DNA of 64,000 nt from Bdellovibrionales bacterium (GTDB lineage Bacteria > Bdellovibrionota > UBA1018). A program made the position numbers and the translations under genes. The notes under the pieces were generated by a model. The model had not been told where the DNA came from. It did not search any database and was given only the letters and a program-made list of their open reading frames with translations. The DNA lies in assembly GCA_018266355.1 (NCBI GenBank), contig JAFEAP010000029.1, positions 795,137-859,136 of the forward strand. Reading direction: 5' to 3'. This document shows positions 9,404 through 18,855 of the stretch, piece after piece. Position 1 is the first letter of the stretch. Every line of letters starts with the position of its first letter.

Positions 9404-9505
9404 GCGGGCGGGTCGAAGACCCGCTCTACCAGTGTCCGGGGGATCGCGCCGGGTTTCAACGGGCAACCCGGCCGCCAAACGAACGACGGTTTCGGCGGAG
9501 CGGCT

Positions 9506-10234
9506 TCAGCGTAGGATGAGCATGAGGATCGCCGAGAAAAAGGCGACCATCCCGGCGATCAGGAGACCCCAGAAGAGGATCGAAGGGAAAAGCGCGATCA
9601 AGATCGCCCGGCCGGTGGAAACCCGGTAGGTTTCCGTCGCGCCGATCACGCCGATCACCATCGCGAAGATCGCGGAAAGGAGTCCGCCGACCATCGGGAC
9701 GCATTTGAAGAGCGCGGCCGCCTGGGCGAAGCCGACGATCGAGACGGCGGTTTCGTAGTCGAGGCGGCGCTCGTTCGCCGGGTAATCGCGGTTCGCAAAG
9801 AGCCGCGCGGCGACCCACACGAAGAGAGCAAGGAAGAGGATCCAGGCGCAGGATTTGAAAGGGTCGATCAACACGGCGCCCATGCCGAAGACCCAATCCA
9901 CGATCTTCTGACGGACCGCGAGCGCGGTTTCGAACTGGCCGCTCGAGTCGATCTGCGGCACCTTTTCCATCGCACTCAGGAGATCGGCGATTCGACTCTC
10001 GAAGACTTTTCCGAAGCCGGTGACCCAGAGGTATTCGAGCGCGCTGCCGAACCAACTCGTGAGGATCCCGAAAAAAAGCGGACCGACGACGCCGGGAGGG
10101 CGAGGCAGATTCCGGAAGAAGGCGGAAGGGCGCGTGAGAATCGCCTTCAGCGTCGCGAAGTACTGAGTCACTGGATTCGGCGATTTCGCCGTCGGCTCCG
10201 TCGGAGCGTAGCCGGCCTGTTCGAGTTCGCTCAT
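9506..10234 (-). CDS. Yip1-domain-like integral membrane protein
   Basis: The real start is taken as ATG 10234 (MSELEQAGYAP...). This overlaps the upstream stop as ATGA; the ORF-track N-terminal extension is Arg-rich junk. There are 5 hydrophobic helices and a YIP1-like layout. Confidence 0.75.
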   Translation of the reverse strand: MSELEQAGYAPTEPTAKSPNPVTQYFATLKAILTRPSAFFRNLPRPPGVVGPLFFGILTSWFGSALEYLWVTGFGKVFESRIADLLSAMEKVPQIDSSGQFETALAVRQKIVDWVFGMGAVLIDPFKSCAWILFLALFVWVAARLFANRDYPANERRLDYETAVSIVGFAQAAALFKCVPMVGGLLSAIFAMVIGVIGATETYRVSTGRAILIALFPSILFWGLLIAGMVAFFSAILMLILR

Positions 10235-11793
10235 TTCGCCCCGTTTTTCGGCGCGGCCGATGTCGGGGCCGGGAGCCAGCTCGCCGAGCCCCACGGCAGT
10301 TCCGGACCGAGTTCGGGTGAGAGCTCGACGACTTCCTTCTTCGGGGTGCGAAGGTTGCGCGCGTAAATCCGATCTTTCGCTTTCCAGAACTCGAACTCGG
10401 CGGAAACGGTTTCCTTGCCATCGACGGATTTCTTGAGCGTCAGCTTGAGGAATTCCCCGCCCGTCGGCAGCGGCCCGCCGAATCCGATCGCGGCCTTTCC
10501 GGTCAAGCGATCGAGGAAACTCTCGACCTTGCCCGGGCCGGTTTCCGCCGCGCCGATCTTCCACTTTCCGCCCGGTTCCTTCGTCACCTGCTGCTTGAAC
10601 GATTCGGCGCCGTGGGCGTCGACGTCGATCGCGGAGATGGCGTACCGTTCGGCCGTGGTCATGAGTTTTCCCGAGCGGAGCTCGTCGAAGGTTTTTTGGA
10701 TCCGGTCCGAATTCGACGTGTCGATCTCGTAGACCGGATCCTGGTCGTCGACGACGGCGTAAAGGGCGGGAAGCGCCTTCGGATCCTTCGACTTCGGCTT
10801 TTCGTAGAGACGGATGTGTTTTTCCGCGCCCTTCGCCGTGAAGCGTAGGTCGTAGTAAAGTTTCGCGCCCGCGAGCGCGGCTTTCCCTTCGGGCGAGTTC
10901 CGATTCTCGGCGGCGATGTCCTTCGCGGCGAGGTGCGACACGCCCGACAGGACGGCGTCGATTTGATCGACGTCGCCTTCGGCTTCGGTTTTCCCGAGTT
11001 TCAGCGTCCAGCCCTCGGGATCGGCGGGTTTGCCGTCCGCCCCGGCGGTGCGCTTCGCTTCTAGCTTTCCGTTCGTCTTCTTCGACTGCGCCAGCGTGAA
11101 TTCGGAGACGTCCTTTTCGTTGAAGGCGAAGAGGTTCTTGTCCCTGAAATAAGACGTCTTTTGGTCGAAGACCGAGATCTGCCAGTCCGGCACGACGTAG
11201 ATCTTGTTCTCGTTCGCGATTTCCCCGGTTTCGAGGAGCGCGAAGACGTTATCGCCGATCGGGTGCTTCACGCCGAAGTAGACCGCCGTCTTCGCGCCGC
11301 CGGCGCGGACGACGGTGATCTTGCGGGTGGTCGGCCGCGCGCGCGCTTCCGCGTCGAGGCCGTAGTCCTTCAGGAGCTGCGCGCGTTTCGCCGGCGTCTC
11401 GGTCGCGAGATCGAGCGTCTCGTTCGAAACGAGGTTCCCGATGTTCTTCAGTACGCCGTTCACCGTCGCGTCGTCGGCCTTCGTCTTGAGCGGTTCGACG
11501 AGGTTCCAGTGCGAGGCGTCCTCGGGATGGCAGAGTTTGTCGGCGAGGCTCGCGCACTCGAGCGCGACCGCGAGCGGCGGACGGGTGATGTTCTCGGGCT
11601 TTTTCGAGGCGCCGCGGAACTCGAGGCGCGCGACCGCGTCGTGCTTGAGCGCGAGGACCTTCTTCGCGTCGGCTTCGGCGGCCTCGTCCGCGGGTTTTTT
11701 CGAGTACTGGAGCCAATACGCGAGCCCGCCGAGCGCGATGAGGACGACGGCGAGGACCAGAGGCGTTCCGGTGCGCGGGGACTTCGTGGCCAT
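10231..11793 (-). CDS. DUF4340-like periplasmic protein with N-terminal TM anchor (accessory to GldG-type ABC system)
   Basis: 520 aa. N-terminal anchor PLVLAVVLIALGGLAYWL. Lies immediately downstream of the GldG-like gene, which is the usual DUF4340 position. Family call is from context plus composition. Confidence 0.7.
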   Translation of the reverse strand: MATKSPRTGTPLVLAVVLIALGGLAYWLQYSKKPADEAAEADAKKVLALKHDAVARLEFRGASKKPENITRPPLAVALECASLADKLCHPEDASHWNLVEPLKTKADDATVNGVLKNIGNLVSNETLDLATETPAKRAQLLKDYGLDAEARARPTTRKITVVRAGGAKTAVYFGVKHPIGDNVFALLETGEIANENKIYVVPDWQISVFDQKTSYFRDKNLFAFNEKDVSEFTLAQSKKTNGKLEAKRTAGADGKPADPEGWTLKLGKTEAEGDVDQIDAVLSGVSHLAAKDIAAENRNSPEGKAALAGAKLYYDLRFTAKGAEKHIRLYEKPKSKDPKALPALYAVVDDQDPVYEIDTSNSDRIQKTFDELRSGKLMTTAERYAISAIDVDAHGAESFKQQVTKEPGGKWKIGAAETGPGKVESFLDRLTGKAAIGFGGPLPTGGEFLKLTLKKSVDGKETVSAEFEFWKAKDRIYARNLRTPKKEVVELSPELGPELPWGSASWLPAPTSAAPKNGAK

Positions 11794-11794
11794 C

Positions 11795-13366
11795 TTAGAG
11801 TTTCTTCCTACGCAGCCAGACGACGATTCCGAGGACGATCATGATGCCCGGTACGACGACGACGGTGAAGAGGCGGATGAGTCCGCCCTGGATCGCGGAG
11901 AGCTGGATCGTCCCGCCCGGTTCTTCCTTAGAGCGGATCGAGATCAGGCTCTCGTCTTCGAGCACCCAGCTGACCGCGTTCGCGAAGAGGTCGAGGTTCG
12001 CGCCGAAGCGCGACCATTGGTTCGCGGCGACGAGGGAGGTCCCGAAGACGACGATGCGGGTGTTCTTCTTCGCCTGCGAGTTCGGGAGCTTTCCGTCGAC
12101 GGCGAGCGCGGTGTAGAGCGGACCCTTGATGTCGCTCGTCGGTTCGAACTTGGCGACGCCTTTCACCAGGCCGGCGAGGTCTTTCTCTCCCCACGCGTTC
12201 GGCGTGGTCTGGGTCAGCCAGGAAACTTTCAGACTCGGCTCCGTCTTCGCCGCGATCCGCAGGGGACGAGTGAGCGGGAAAACGGTGTTTCCGGTCATGT
12301 CCTTCGTGATCGAGACGTCCTTCGAGAAGGTCGGGATGATCGGAACGGTCGCTTCGAGGCGAAGCATCTGCGAAACCGGGTCGACGACGATCGCGAGGTC
12401 CGATTCGACGCCCCATTCGGTCAGGAGTTTCGTGATTTCCGGGGAGGCGTCGAAATTCGGGCCCTTCAGGTTCAAGTCGAGCGCGACGACCGCCGCGCCG
12501 CCGTTCGCGAGGTAGTCGCGGACGAGCTTCACTTCGGGTTCGAAGAACGCCTTCGTCGGGCCGATGATCGCGATGAGCGAACAGTCGGCGGGGATCTTTC
12601 CTTCGGCGACGAGGTTCACCTTCTTCACCGCGTAGCTCTGCTTCTCGAGCGTACCTTTCGCGAGCGAATATCCGTCGGGGGTGTTCGCCTCGAAGTCGCG
12701 TTCACCGTGCTCGGAAATCGCGCACACGACCGGGGTCGTGTTCTTCGAGAGCTTGATCACGGCGTTCGTGACTTTTTCCTCGTTCGGCGCCTCGATCAGC
12801 TGGGACCGTTCGCCGACGAAGAGCTGCAGGGTGGTCTCGGCCTTGATCCCGGCTTGCTTCGCGCGCGTGATTTCCTTCACCGGGTCGACGTATTCGATTT
12901 CGACCTTCGAGGAGAGGTTCTTGAGGTTGTCGAGGAGCGGGCGCTGCTTCTCGCGTTCATCGAGCTTCGACCAGAGGACGAGTTTCACCGGCTGGGTGAG
13001 GGATTTGAAGACCTTCACGGATTGGTCCGAGAGGGTATTCACGCCGGTCTTCGTAAGGTCGAACTTCTTGTTGTACTTCACGCCGAGGAAGTTCACGACG
13101 CCGAGGATGCCGAGGACGAGGATCGCGATCATCGCGCTGTTCAATCCGAACATCGCGGTCCGTTTCGAAACCATCGCCCTCACGGACCAGACGAGGAGTC
13201 CGAGGCAGACGACGAAGGCCGCGAGGACGACGTACCCGATCCAGGCGGGTTCGGGGTAGGCCGTGCGCACGACGAGGGCGCCTAAGCCGAAGACGAGGGT
13301 GAGGACGGCGAAGATCGGGCCGTTCGATTTCGGGGTGGGGTTTTGGGACGGTGAAGTCATGGCCAT
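11795..13366 (-). CDS. GldG-like ABC-transporter auxiliary component (ABC-type uncharacterised transport system)
   Basis: 523 aa. N- and C-terminal TM helices flank a large periplasmic domain. Position after the ABC-2 permease and ATPase is typical of GldA/GldF/GldG clusters. Confidence 0.75.
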   Translation of the reverse strand: MAMTSPSQNPTPKSNGPIFAVLTLVFGLGALVVRTAYPEPAWIGYVVLAAFVVCLGLLVWSVRAMVSKRTAMFGLNSAMIAILVLGILGVVNFLGVKYNKKFDLTKTGVNTLSDQSVKVFKSLTQPVKLVLWSKLDEREKQRPLLDNLKNLSSKVEIEYVDPVKEITRAKQAGIKAETTLQLFVGERSQLIEAPNEEKVTNAVIKLSKNTTPVVCAISEHGERDFEANTPDGYSLAKGTLEKQSYAVKKVNLVAEGKIPADCSLIAIIGPTKAFFEPEVKLVRDYLANGGAAVVALDLNLKGPNFDASPEITKLLTEWGVESDLAIVVDPVSQMLRLEATVPIIPTFSKDVSITKDMTGNTVFPLTRPLRIAAKTEPSLKVSWLTQTTPNAWGEKDLAGLVKGVAKFEPTSDIKGPLYTALAVDGKLPNSQAKKNTRIVVFGTSLVAANQWSRFGANLDLFANAVSWVLEDESLISIRSKEEPGGTIQLSAIQGGLIRLFTVVVVPGIMIVLGIVVWLRRKKL

Positions 13367-14137
13367 TTATCTCCAGCGGAAGGAGTCGAGGACGCGGTGG
13401 GTGAGGAAGAGGCCGAAGAAGATGAACGAGAAGTAGTAAACGAGGTCGGCCGTCTCGATCGCGCCTTGGCTGAATTTCATGAAGTGGTTGATGAGGGAGA
13501 GGTGCATGAGGACGTCGCTCCAAACCGGGCCGGCCGAGTAGGCCGACCAGGAGATGATCCAGAGGAGGAAGTTCACGCAGACGGTGAGGAAGACGGCGAC
13601 GATCTGGTTCTCGGTCATGGCGGAGAAGAGAATCCCCGTCGTGAGCAGGCAGCACGTCAGCAGGAACGTGCCGAGGATCGACGAGACGAGCGTGCCCACG
13701 TCCGGCTGCCCGAAGATCATCAGCGTGATCGGGTAGACGAGGGTCGCGCCGATCATGACCGCGACGAAGAGCGTGGCCGAGAGGAACTTCCCGAAGACGA
13801 TGTCGGTGAGGCTCACCGGGCTCGTCATCAGGAGCTGGATCGTCTGGTTCTTCCGTTCCTCGGCGAAGAGCCGCATCGTGATCGCCGGGGAGAAGAAGAG
13901 CAGGATCACGTTCATGTTCCCGTAGAGCGGGCGGATCACGCCTTCGGAAAGGGACATCGAGTGGCCCATGTTGTAGGTTTGGTAGTTCATCGCCTGCTCG
14001 TTGAAGTAGGCGAGCATGTTGAAGAACATGTAGCCCATGATCGCGAGGAAAAGCGCGAGCACGATGTAGGCGATCGGCGTGGTGAAGTAGCTGCGGAAAT
14101 CGCGGCGTGCGATGGTCCAGGCGTTCGCGAAGCTCAT
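13367..14137 (-). CDS. ABC-2 type transporter permease (GldF-like)
   Basis: 256 aa, six hydrophobic helices. 'MSFANAWTIARRDFRSYFTTPIAYIVLALFL' is a typical ABC-2 N-terminus. 4-nt overlap with the ATPase gene. Confidence 0.85.
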   Translation of the reverse strand: MSFANAWTIARRDFRSYFTTPIAYIVLALFLAIMGYMFFNMLAYFNEQAMNYQTYNMGHSMSLSEGVIRPLYGNMNVILLFFSPAITMRLFAEERKNQTIQLLMTSPVSLTDIVFGKFLSATLFVAVMIGATLVYPITLMIFGQPDVGTLVSSILGTFLLTCCLLTTGILFSAMTENQIVAVFLTVCVNFLLWIISWSAYSAGPVWSDVLMHLSLINHFMKFSQGAIETADLVYYFSFIFFGLFLTHRVLDSFRWR

Positions 14138-15072
14138 ACCGCCTCCTTGGCGTTTTCTTCGGTGGTGAGCTGGAGGAAGATCTCCTCGAGGCTGACTTTT
14201 TCGGCGCCGAATTCGAGGATGCCCATCCCCGATTCGACGGCCGCTTTCGCGACGCGGTCGCGGAGCTCGCCCTGGTTCGGGGCGAGCTCGATGACGAGTT
14301 TCGGACCGGTCGCGGAAACGCCGGTCACGCCCGGGACCGCCTTGATCGCGGCGATACCCGACGGATTCGCGGCGGCGACCGTCATCTGGAGGAGGAGCCC
14401 CTTCTTCAGCCGCATCGTGAGTCCGTCGATCGTGTCTTCGGCGACGATGCGTCCGCGGTTGATCACGATGATCCGGCCGCAGGTCGCCGTGACTTCCGGC
14501 AGGATGTGCGAGGAAAGGACGATCGTGTGTTCGCCGGCGAGGCCTTTGATGAGTTCGCGGATCTCGATGATCTGCTTCGGATCGAGGCCGACCGTCGGTT
14601 CGTCGAGAATGAGGACGGGGGGATTGTGCACGAGGGCTTGGGCGAGGCCGACGCGTTGCTTGTATCCTTTCGAGAGGTTCCCGATGATCCGGTTCGCGAC
14701 GTCGCCGAGGTTCGTCTTCTCGATCGCCCAGTCGATCTGCCTTTTCACGTCGCTCTTCGCGACCTGGTTCAGCCGGGCGGCGAAGTCGAGGAAATCGCGC
14801 ACGGTCATTTCCATGTAGATCGGCGGCGTCTCGGGGAGATACCCGATCGCGCGCTTCACTTCGATCGGTCGATCGAAGACGTCGAATCCGTTCACCGTGA
14901 CATCGCCCTCGCTCGCGGGCATGAAGCCGGTGATGATCTTCATCGTCGTGCTCTTTCCGGCGCCGTTCGGACCGAGGAAGCCGACGATCTCTCCTTTCTT
15001 CACTTCGAAATTGAGATCATCGATGGCCGTGCGCGGGCCATAGTGCTTCGAGAGACCGGTGACTTGGATCAT
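14134..15072 (-). CDS. ABC transporter ATP-binding protein (GldA-like)
   Basis: 312 aa. Walker A 'GPNGAGKST', signature 'LSKGYKQRV', Walker B 'VLILDEP'. Confidence 0.95.
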   Translation of the reverse strand: MIQVTGLSKHYGPRTAIDDLNFEVKKGEIVGFLGPNGAGKSTTMKIITGFMPASEGDVTVNGFDVFDRPIEVKRAIGYLPETPPIYMEMTVRDFLDFAARLNQVAKSDVKRQIDWAIEKTNLGDVANRIIGNLSKGYKQRVGLAQALVHNPPVLILDEPTVGLDPKQIIEIRELIKGLAGEHTIVLSSHILPEVTATCGRIIVINRGRIVAEDTIDGLTMRLKKGLLLQMTVAAANPSGIAAIKAVPGVTGVSATGPKLVIELAPNQGELRDRVAKAAVESGMGILEFGAEKVSLEEIFLQLTTEENAKEAV

Positions 15073-15121
15073 TCCTTTAAAGTAGCCGGAATGATCGCGG
15101 AATCAAGAGAGTGAAGAATGC

Positions 15122-15841
15122 TTAATGACGCGATGCCGGTTCTCCGTTCGGCGGGCCGGGAGGAGGGCCGCCCGCGTTGCCGGAGCCCTCGGGCCGCGGG
15201 GGTCCGCGTTCTTCGCGGTGTTTACGCCCGCGCCCGGTGATTTGGCGCATTTTCTCGGCGGAAATCTTCACATCCATCGACTGGATCGCCTTCAGCGCGT
15301 TCGCGAGGATCGGGTAGGGGGCGACGAGGAAGATCTGGCCGGAAACGTCGTCGGGAACGACGCGCGAGTTCGCCGGCATGAACGCGCGGATGTTCTGGCA
15401 GATGTGCTCCGCGAGCTCGGGTTGGACGAGTTTATAGCGGAGGTTCGCGAGGTCCCACGTCTTCGGGAAGTCGGGCGTCGTTTTCGCGTCGGCGACGAGC
15501 GTGGGGAGGGCGGAGTCGCGCGCGTCGCGCTGACGGAGGATCGTAAAGGCGTTCGCTTCGGCGAGCGGCATCCGAGTGAAGCCGTTCTGATTCAGCATCA
15601 GCGTGAAAACCTCGTCGGCGTTTCCCTTCGTGAGGTCGAAGTTCTTCGTCGAGGCGATCGCGTCTTTCAGCATCCCGCTGTCGTAGACGAACTTCGCGCC
15701 GGTGAGCTCGGCGACCGCGTGCGCGCATTTCTCGAGATCCGGGCATTTCGAGCGGAGGTCGTCGGCCCGGGCGAAAAGGGGCGCGACCATCAGGCACGTC
15801 GCGAGCAAGGAAAGACGGAGGGGACGGTGATTTTGATTCAT
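15122..15841 (-). CDS. exported hypothetical protein, secretin N0-domain-like (tentative), Gly/Pro-rich tail
   Basis: Start taken at ATG 15841 (MNQNHRPLRLSLLATCLMVAPLFARA, a signal peptide). 'AVAELTGAKFVYDSGMLKD...FDLTKGNADEVFTLMLNQNGFT' resembles the N-terminal domain of GspD/secretins. No secretin C-domain is present. Confidence 0.55.
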   Translation of the reverse strand: MNQNHRPLRLSLLATCLMVAPLFARADDLRSKCPDLEKCAHAVAELTGAKFVYDSGMLKDAIASTKNFDLTKGNADEVFTLMLNQNGFTRMPLAEANAFTILRQRDARDSALPTLVADAKTTPDFPKTWDLANLRYKLVQPELAEHICQNIRAFMPANSRVVPDDVSGQIFLVAPYPILANALKAIQSMDVKISAEKMRQITGRGRKHREERGPPRPEGSGNAGGPPPGPPNGEPASRH

Positions 15842-15910
15842 AGGGGCGATTCTCCTCGAAGGAAGGGTTGTACCGTGACTTGAACGCCGCCCGGGAAAGG
15901 TTGCAGGCGA

Positions 15911-16342
15911 ATGACGAAAGACAAACGGTCGATCTTTTTCCAGGTATTGGGCGGTCTTTTCTTGGTCTTCGCGGTGATCGGGATCTTCCTCCCGATCGTT
16001 CCGCAGATTCCGTTCGCGATCGTCTCGGCGTATTTCTTCTCGAAAGGGAATCCGCGGATTCACCGCTGGATTTTGAATCAGAAGCACTTCGGGGCCGCGG
16101 TCCGGGACTGGGAAATGGACCGGGTGATTCGCCCGTCGCTGAAGCGCTTCTCCGTCGCCCTGATGCTCGGGGGAGCCGGGCTAGCGATTTGGCTCTACCG
16201 GGAGGAAAGCCCGGTCGTCGCCGTCGCCCTGCCCTTTCTATTCGGGGTCGGCATCGTATTCGTTTTGAGTCAGCGATCGCGGTCCCGACCGACTCGAGAA
16301 CCCCCGTTCGTGGCTCGAATCGGCCGTTTTTCTGCCGATTAA
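15911..16342 (+). CDS. ybaN: DUF454/YbaN-family inner membrane protein
   Basis: 143 aa. 'LGGLFLVFAVIGIFLPIVPQIPFAIVSAYFFSKGNPRIHRWI' is the YbaN family pattern. Confidence 0.8.
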   Translation: MTKDKRSIFFQVLGGLFLVFAVIGIFLPIVPQIPFAIVSAYFFSKGNPRIHRWILNQKHFGAAVRDWEMDRVIRPSLKRFSVALMLGGAGLAIWLYREESPVVAVALPFLFGVGIVFVLSQRSRSRPTREPPFVARIGRFSAD

Positions 16343-16396
16343 CGCATCGCGTGAATATTGTCTTTCCGCATCATTTAAGGGATGGTGCGTTAACCT

Positions 16397-17290
16397 ATGC
16401 ACTCCCTGAATCGGTTTTATTGGCTCGCGTCCTCGCTCGTCCTTTTCGCCGGTGCGGCTTCGGCCGGCGCCGCGGACCTCGGATACGGATCGACCGCCGT
16501 CGTCTGTCGCGGAGCGGGCGGTTCGGTCGCTTCGGCCGAAGTCCTCGACCTCTACGAGGCGCGCGAAATCTACAATATCTCGGTCATCTCGGTTTCCGAC
16601 GTGACCCGCGCCCGTCAGGACCTCTTGATCGACCTCGCGCGCACCTACAACGGTAAGTCTCTCTACCCGCGCTATCTCCAAGACACGATCGGCGACTTCC
16701 ACGGCCGTTTCAGGAAGTCGGACACCCGCTTGAAACTCGTTGCCGACGTCTACCCGCGCATTCCGAGCTGTGCGATCGAGCAGGTCTCCGCGCTCCAGAA
16801 GAACGGAGAGATCCTCCTCGACGCCGAGATCTTCTCCGCGCTCACGCCGATCGGCCGCCTCGCCGTCGAGCTCCACGACTCCGTCGCGTTCCTCGACCGG
16901 AAATTCACCGACGCGAAGGACTCCCGCTTCGCGCGGAAACTCACCGGGCTTCTCCTTGGTCGTAAGTGGGGCAAGTCGCTCGACGTCGCGATCGCGCTCT
17001 ACTCTTTCAGCGTCCCGCGCCCGGGCCGGTACTCCGGCGGTTTCGGTCGTTGCATCGTCCGGATCGACTCCGGCACCGCGGGCTCGCTGCGGGTCACGCC
17101 CCAAACGGGATGCCGCACGGTGATCTCGTGGGACGCGTTCGAAAACGCGAACTCCGCGATCCTTCGCCCGACGGGCAAGACCGACGAATGGGCGTGGCAG
17201 GACCGTTCCGGCGCGAAGCTCGTGCTGAAGCGCACGGGTTCGACGACGTTCACGCTCGACGACGTCGAATTCAAGCTCGGGACGAACTAG
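16397..17290 (+). CDS. exported hypothetical protein
   Basis: 297 aa. Signal peptide FYWLASSLVLFAGAASAGA. Normal composition and GC3-rich codons. No family recognised. Confidence 0.7.
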   Translation: MHSLNRFYWLASSLVLFAGAASAGAADLGYGSTAVVCRGAGGSVASAEVLDLYEAREIYNISVISVSDVTRARQDLLIDLARTYNGKSLYPRYLQDTIGDFHGRFRKSDTRLKLVADVYPRIPSCAIEQVSALQKNGEILLDAEIFSALTPIGRLAVELHDSVAFLDRKFTDAKDSRFARKLTGLLLGRKWGKSLDVAIALYSFSVPRPGRYSGGFGRCIVRIDSGTAGSLRVTPQTGCRTVISWDAFENANSAILRPTGKTDEWAWQDRSGAKLVLKRTGSTTFTLDDVEFKLGTN

Positions 17291-17312
17291 CCGCGCGAGA
17301 ACCGATCTCGCT

Positions 17313-18377
17313 CTAAACCTTGTCCTTGCCGAACTTTTCGTAAGAACTCACGAGCGACTTGAGCCGTCCGATCACCGCTTCCCGAGTCTTGTCGAGCGGG
17401 GCGGAAAGCGCGAGGCCGGCCGCGTAGTCGTGGCCGCCCCCGCCGAGCTCCATCGCGACCCGGTTGATCACGATCCGGCCCTTCGAACGGATCGAGACGC
17501 GGATCTGGTTATCGTCCTCTTCGCGGAAGAGGCAGACGACTTCGGCGTCCTTGAGGAGAAGGAGCAGGTTCAAGAACGACTGGGTGTCGTCCGCCGAAGC
17601 GAGGTGTTTTTTCCGGAGATCGAGGCCCATTTCAAGCCACGCGATTTTCCCGTTCGAAGTCACCTTCGTGTTTTGGAGGAGCTGGCCTAAGAGCTGGAGG
17701 TGGGAAAGTTCCTTCGACGAGTAGATCGCCTGGTACACCTCCTCCGGATTCACGCCCTCCTCGATCATGTGGGCCGCGATTTCGTGCGCGGCCGGCGTCG
17801 TGCGCGCGTAGCGGAAGCTGTTCGTGTCGGTCATGACCGAGACGTAGAGGCCGAGCGCGACGTCCTTGTTGATCTCGGCAAGATCGAGCTCCTCGAAGAG
17901 GTGATAAAGCATCTCGCCGATCGAGCTCGAGGCGATGTCGGAGAGGACGCTCGCGTGCGGCGGGTACTGGATCGCCTGCGCGCCGACGATCTCGGGGTGA
18001 TGGTCGAGGAAGACGATCTTCTTCGCGCGGAGGCTAAGCTCGGGCCAAAGCTTTCCGAGACGCCGCGGATCGTTCGTATCGACGATCACCCAGAGGTCGA
18101 AGTTGTCCCAGATCTCGACCTCGCTCGGTCCGAGAAGCGTCGTGCGCTTAGGGTCAAGAAAGTGATACCGGCGCGGCAACGGATCGGGGTTGTAGACCCG
18201 ACAAGCCTTCTTCGCGCGCTTTAAGTAGTGAAAAATGGCGCTCTCCGCGCCGAGCCCGTCGCCGTCGGGCAGGGCATGGGTCGAAATTAACACCCGCTTC
18301 GCGTCGGTGATCGCCTGTTTAAAGCGTTGGAATTCCTTGGTTTTCGAAAGTTCCGGCGGTTTCGTTTTCGTTCTCAA
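17313..18377 (-). CDS. nrnA: DHH/DHHA1 phosphoesterase, NrnA-like (oligoribonuclease / pAp phosphatase)
   Basis: 354 aa. 'STHALPDGDGLGA', 'VFLDHHPE' and DHHA1 'GGGHDYAAG'. Confidence 0.85.
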   Translation of the reverse strand: MRTKTKPPELSKTKEFQRFKQAITDAKRVLISTHALPDGDGLGAESAIFHYLKRAKKACRVYNPDPLPRRYHFLDPKRTTLLGPSEVEIWDNFDLWVIVDTNDPRRLGKLWPELSLRAKKIVFLDHHPEIVGAQAIQYPPHASVLSDIASSSIGEMLYHLFEELDLAEINKDVALGLYVSVMTDTNSFRYARTTPAAHEIAAHMIEEGVNPEEVYQAIYSSKELSHLQLLGQLLQNTKVTSNGKIAWLEMGLDLRKKHLASADDTQSFLNLLLLLKDAEVVCLFREEDDNQIRVSIRSKGRIVINRVAMELGGGGHDYAAGLALSAPLDKTREAVIGRLKSLVSSYEKFGKDKV

Positions 18378-18465
18378 GTCGGACCATTCCTTTTCCGAAA
18401 AACTCTATGTCTGAGGCTGCTGCTGCTGAACGTATGTGGACGAACGCTCTCGACCCGGGGAAAAC

Positions 18466-18855
18466 ATGAAATCTGCGAAGTCGCCTAAAAAGAATTCGAC
18501 GAAGAAGACGACGACCGAACTGAAGCTTCCCAAGACCGGCGCCGCTAAAGCGATCGACCCGCTTTACGTCATCTTCGAACAGCACTTGTTCAACTTCGCG
18601 GACCCCGACTCCGATCGGAAGACGTTCATCGCCCAAGTCGTTTCGGACTACATTGGTTATCTTCGTAAGAATAACATCATTGTTCCGAAATCCCTCGAAC
18701 AACCGATCGTCGAAGAGCTCGGCACCCAGGTGAACACGATGCTCGTGAAGAAGATCTACGGATGTTTGACGGTCAACGAGTTCGCCGACCCCGTCGCGAG
18801 CGCCGTGCGTTCCGCGAAGAAACGCGTGAAGGCCCGCGCCGCGAAGACCGGGTAA
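18466..18855 (+). CDS. hypothetical basic protein
   Basis: The ORF-track start is GTG 18436. ATG 18466 (MKSAKSPKKNSTKK...) is equally plausible. GC3 is high through the 3' end. No family recognised. Confidence 0.55.
   Translation: MKSAKSPKKNSTKKTTTELKLPKTGAAKAIDPLYVIFEQHLFNFADPDSDRKTFIAQVVSDYIGYLRKNNIIVPKSLEQPIVEELGTQVNTMLVKKIYGCLTVNEFADPVASAVRSAKKRVKARAAKTG

Noticed and set aside
9462-9477. Possible minus-strand sigma-54 promoter TGGCGGCCGGGTTGCC upstream of the HAD-like gene
   Set aside because: The geometry is correct, but both elements are degenerate and composed almost entirely of G/C, so it is not distinguishable from background. It would also lie inside the CDS if the 9478 start were used.
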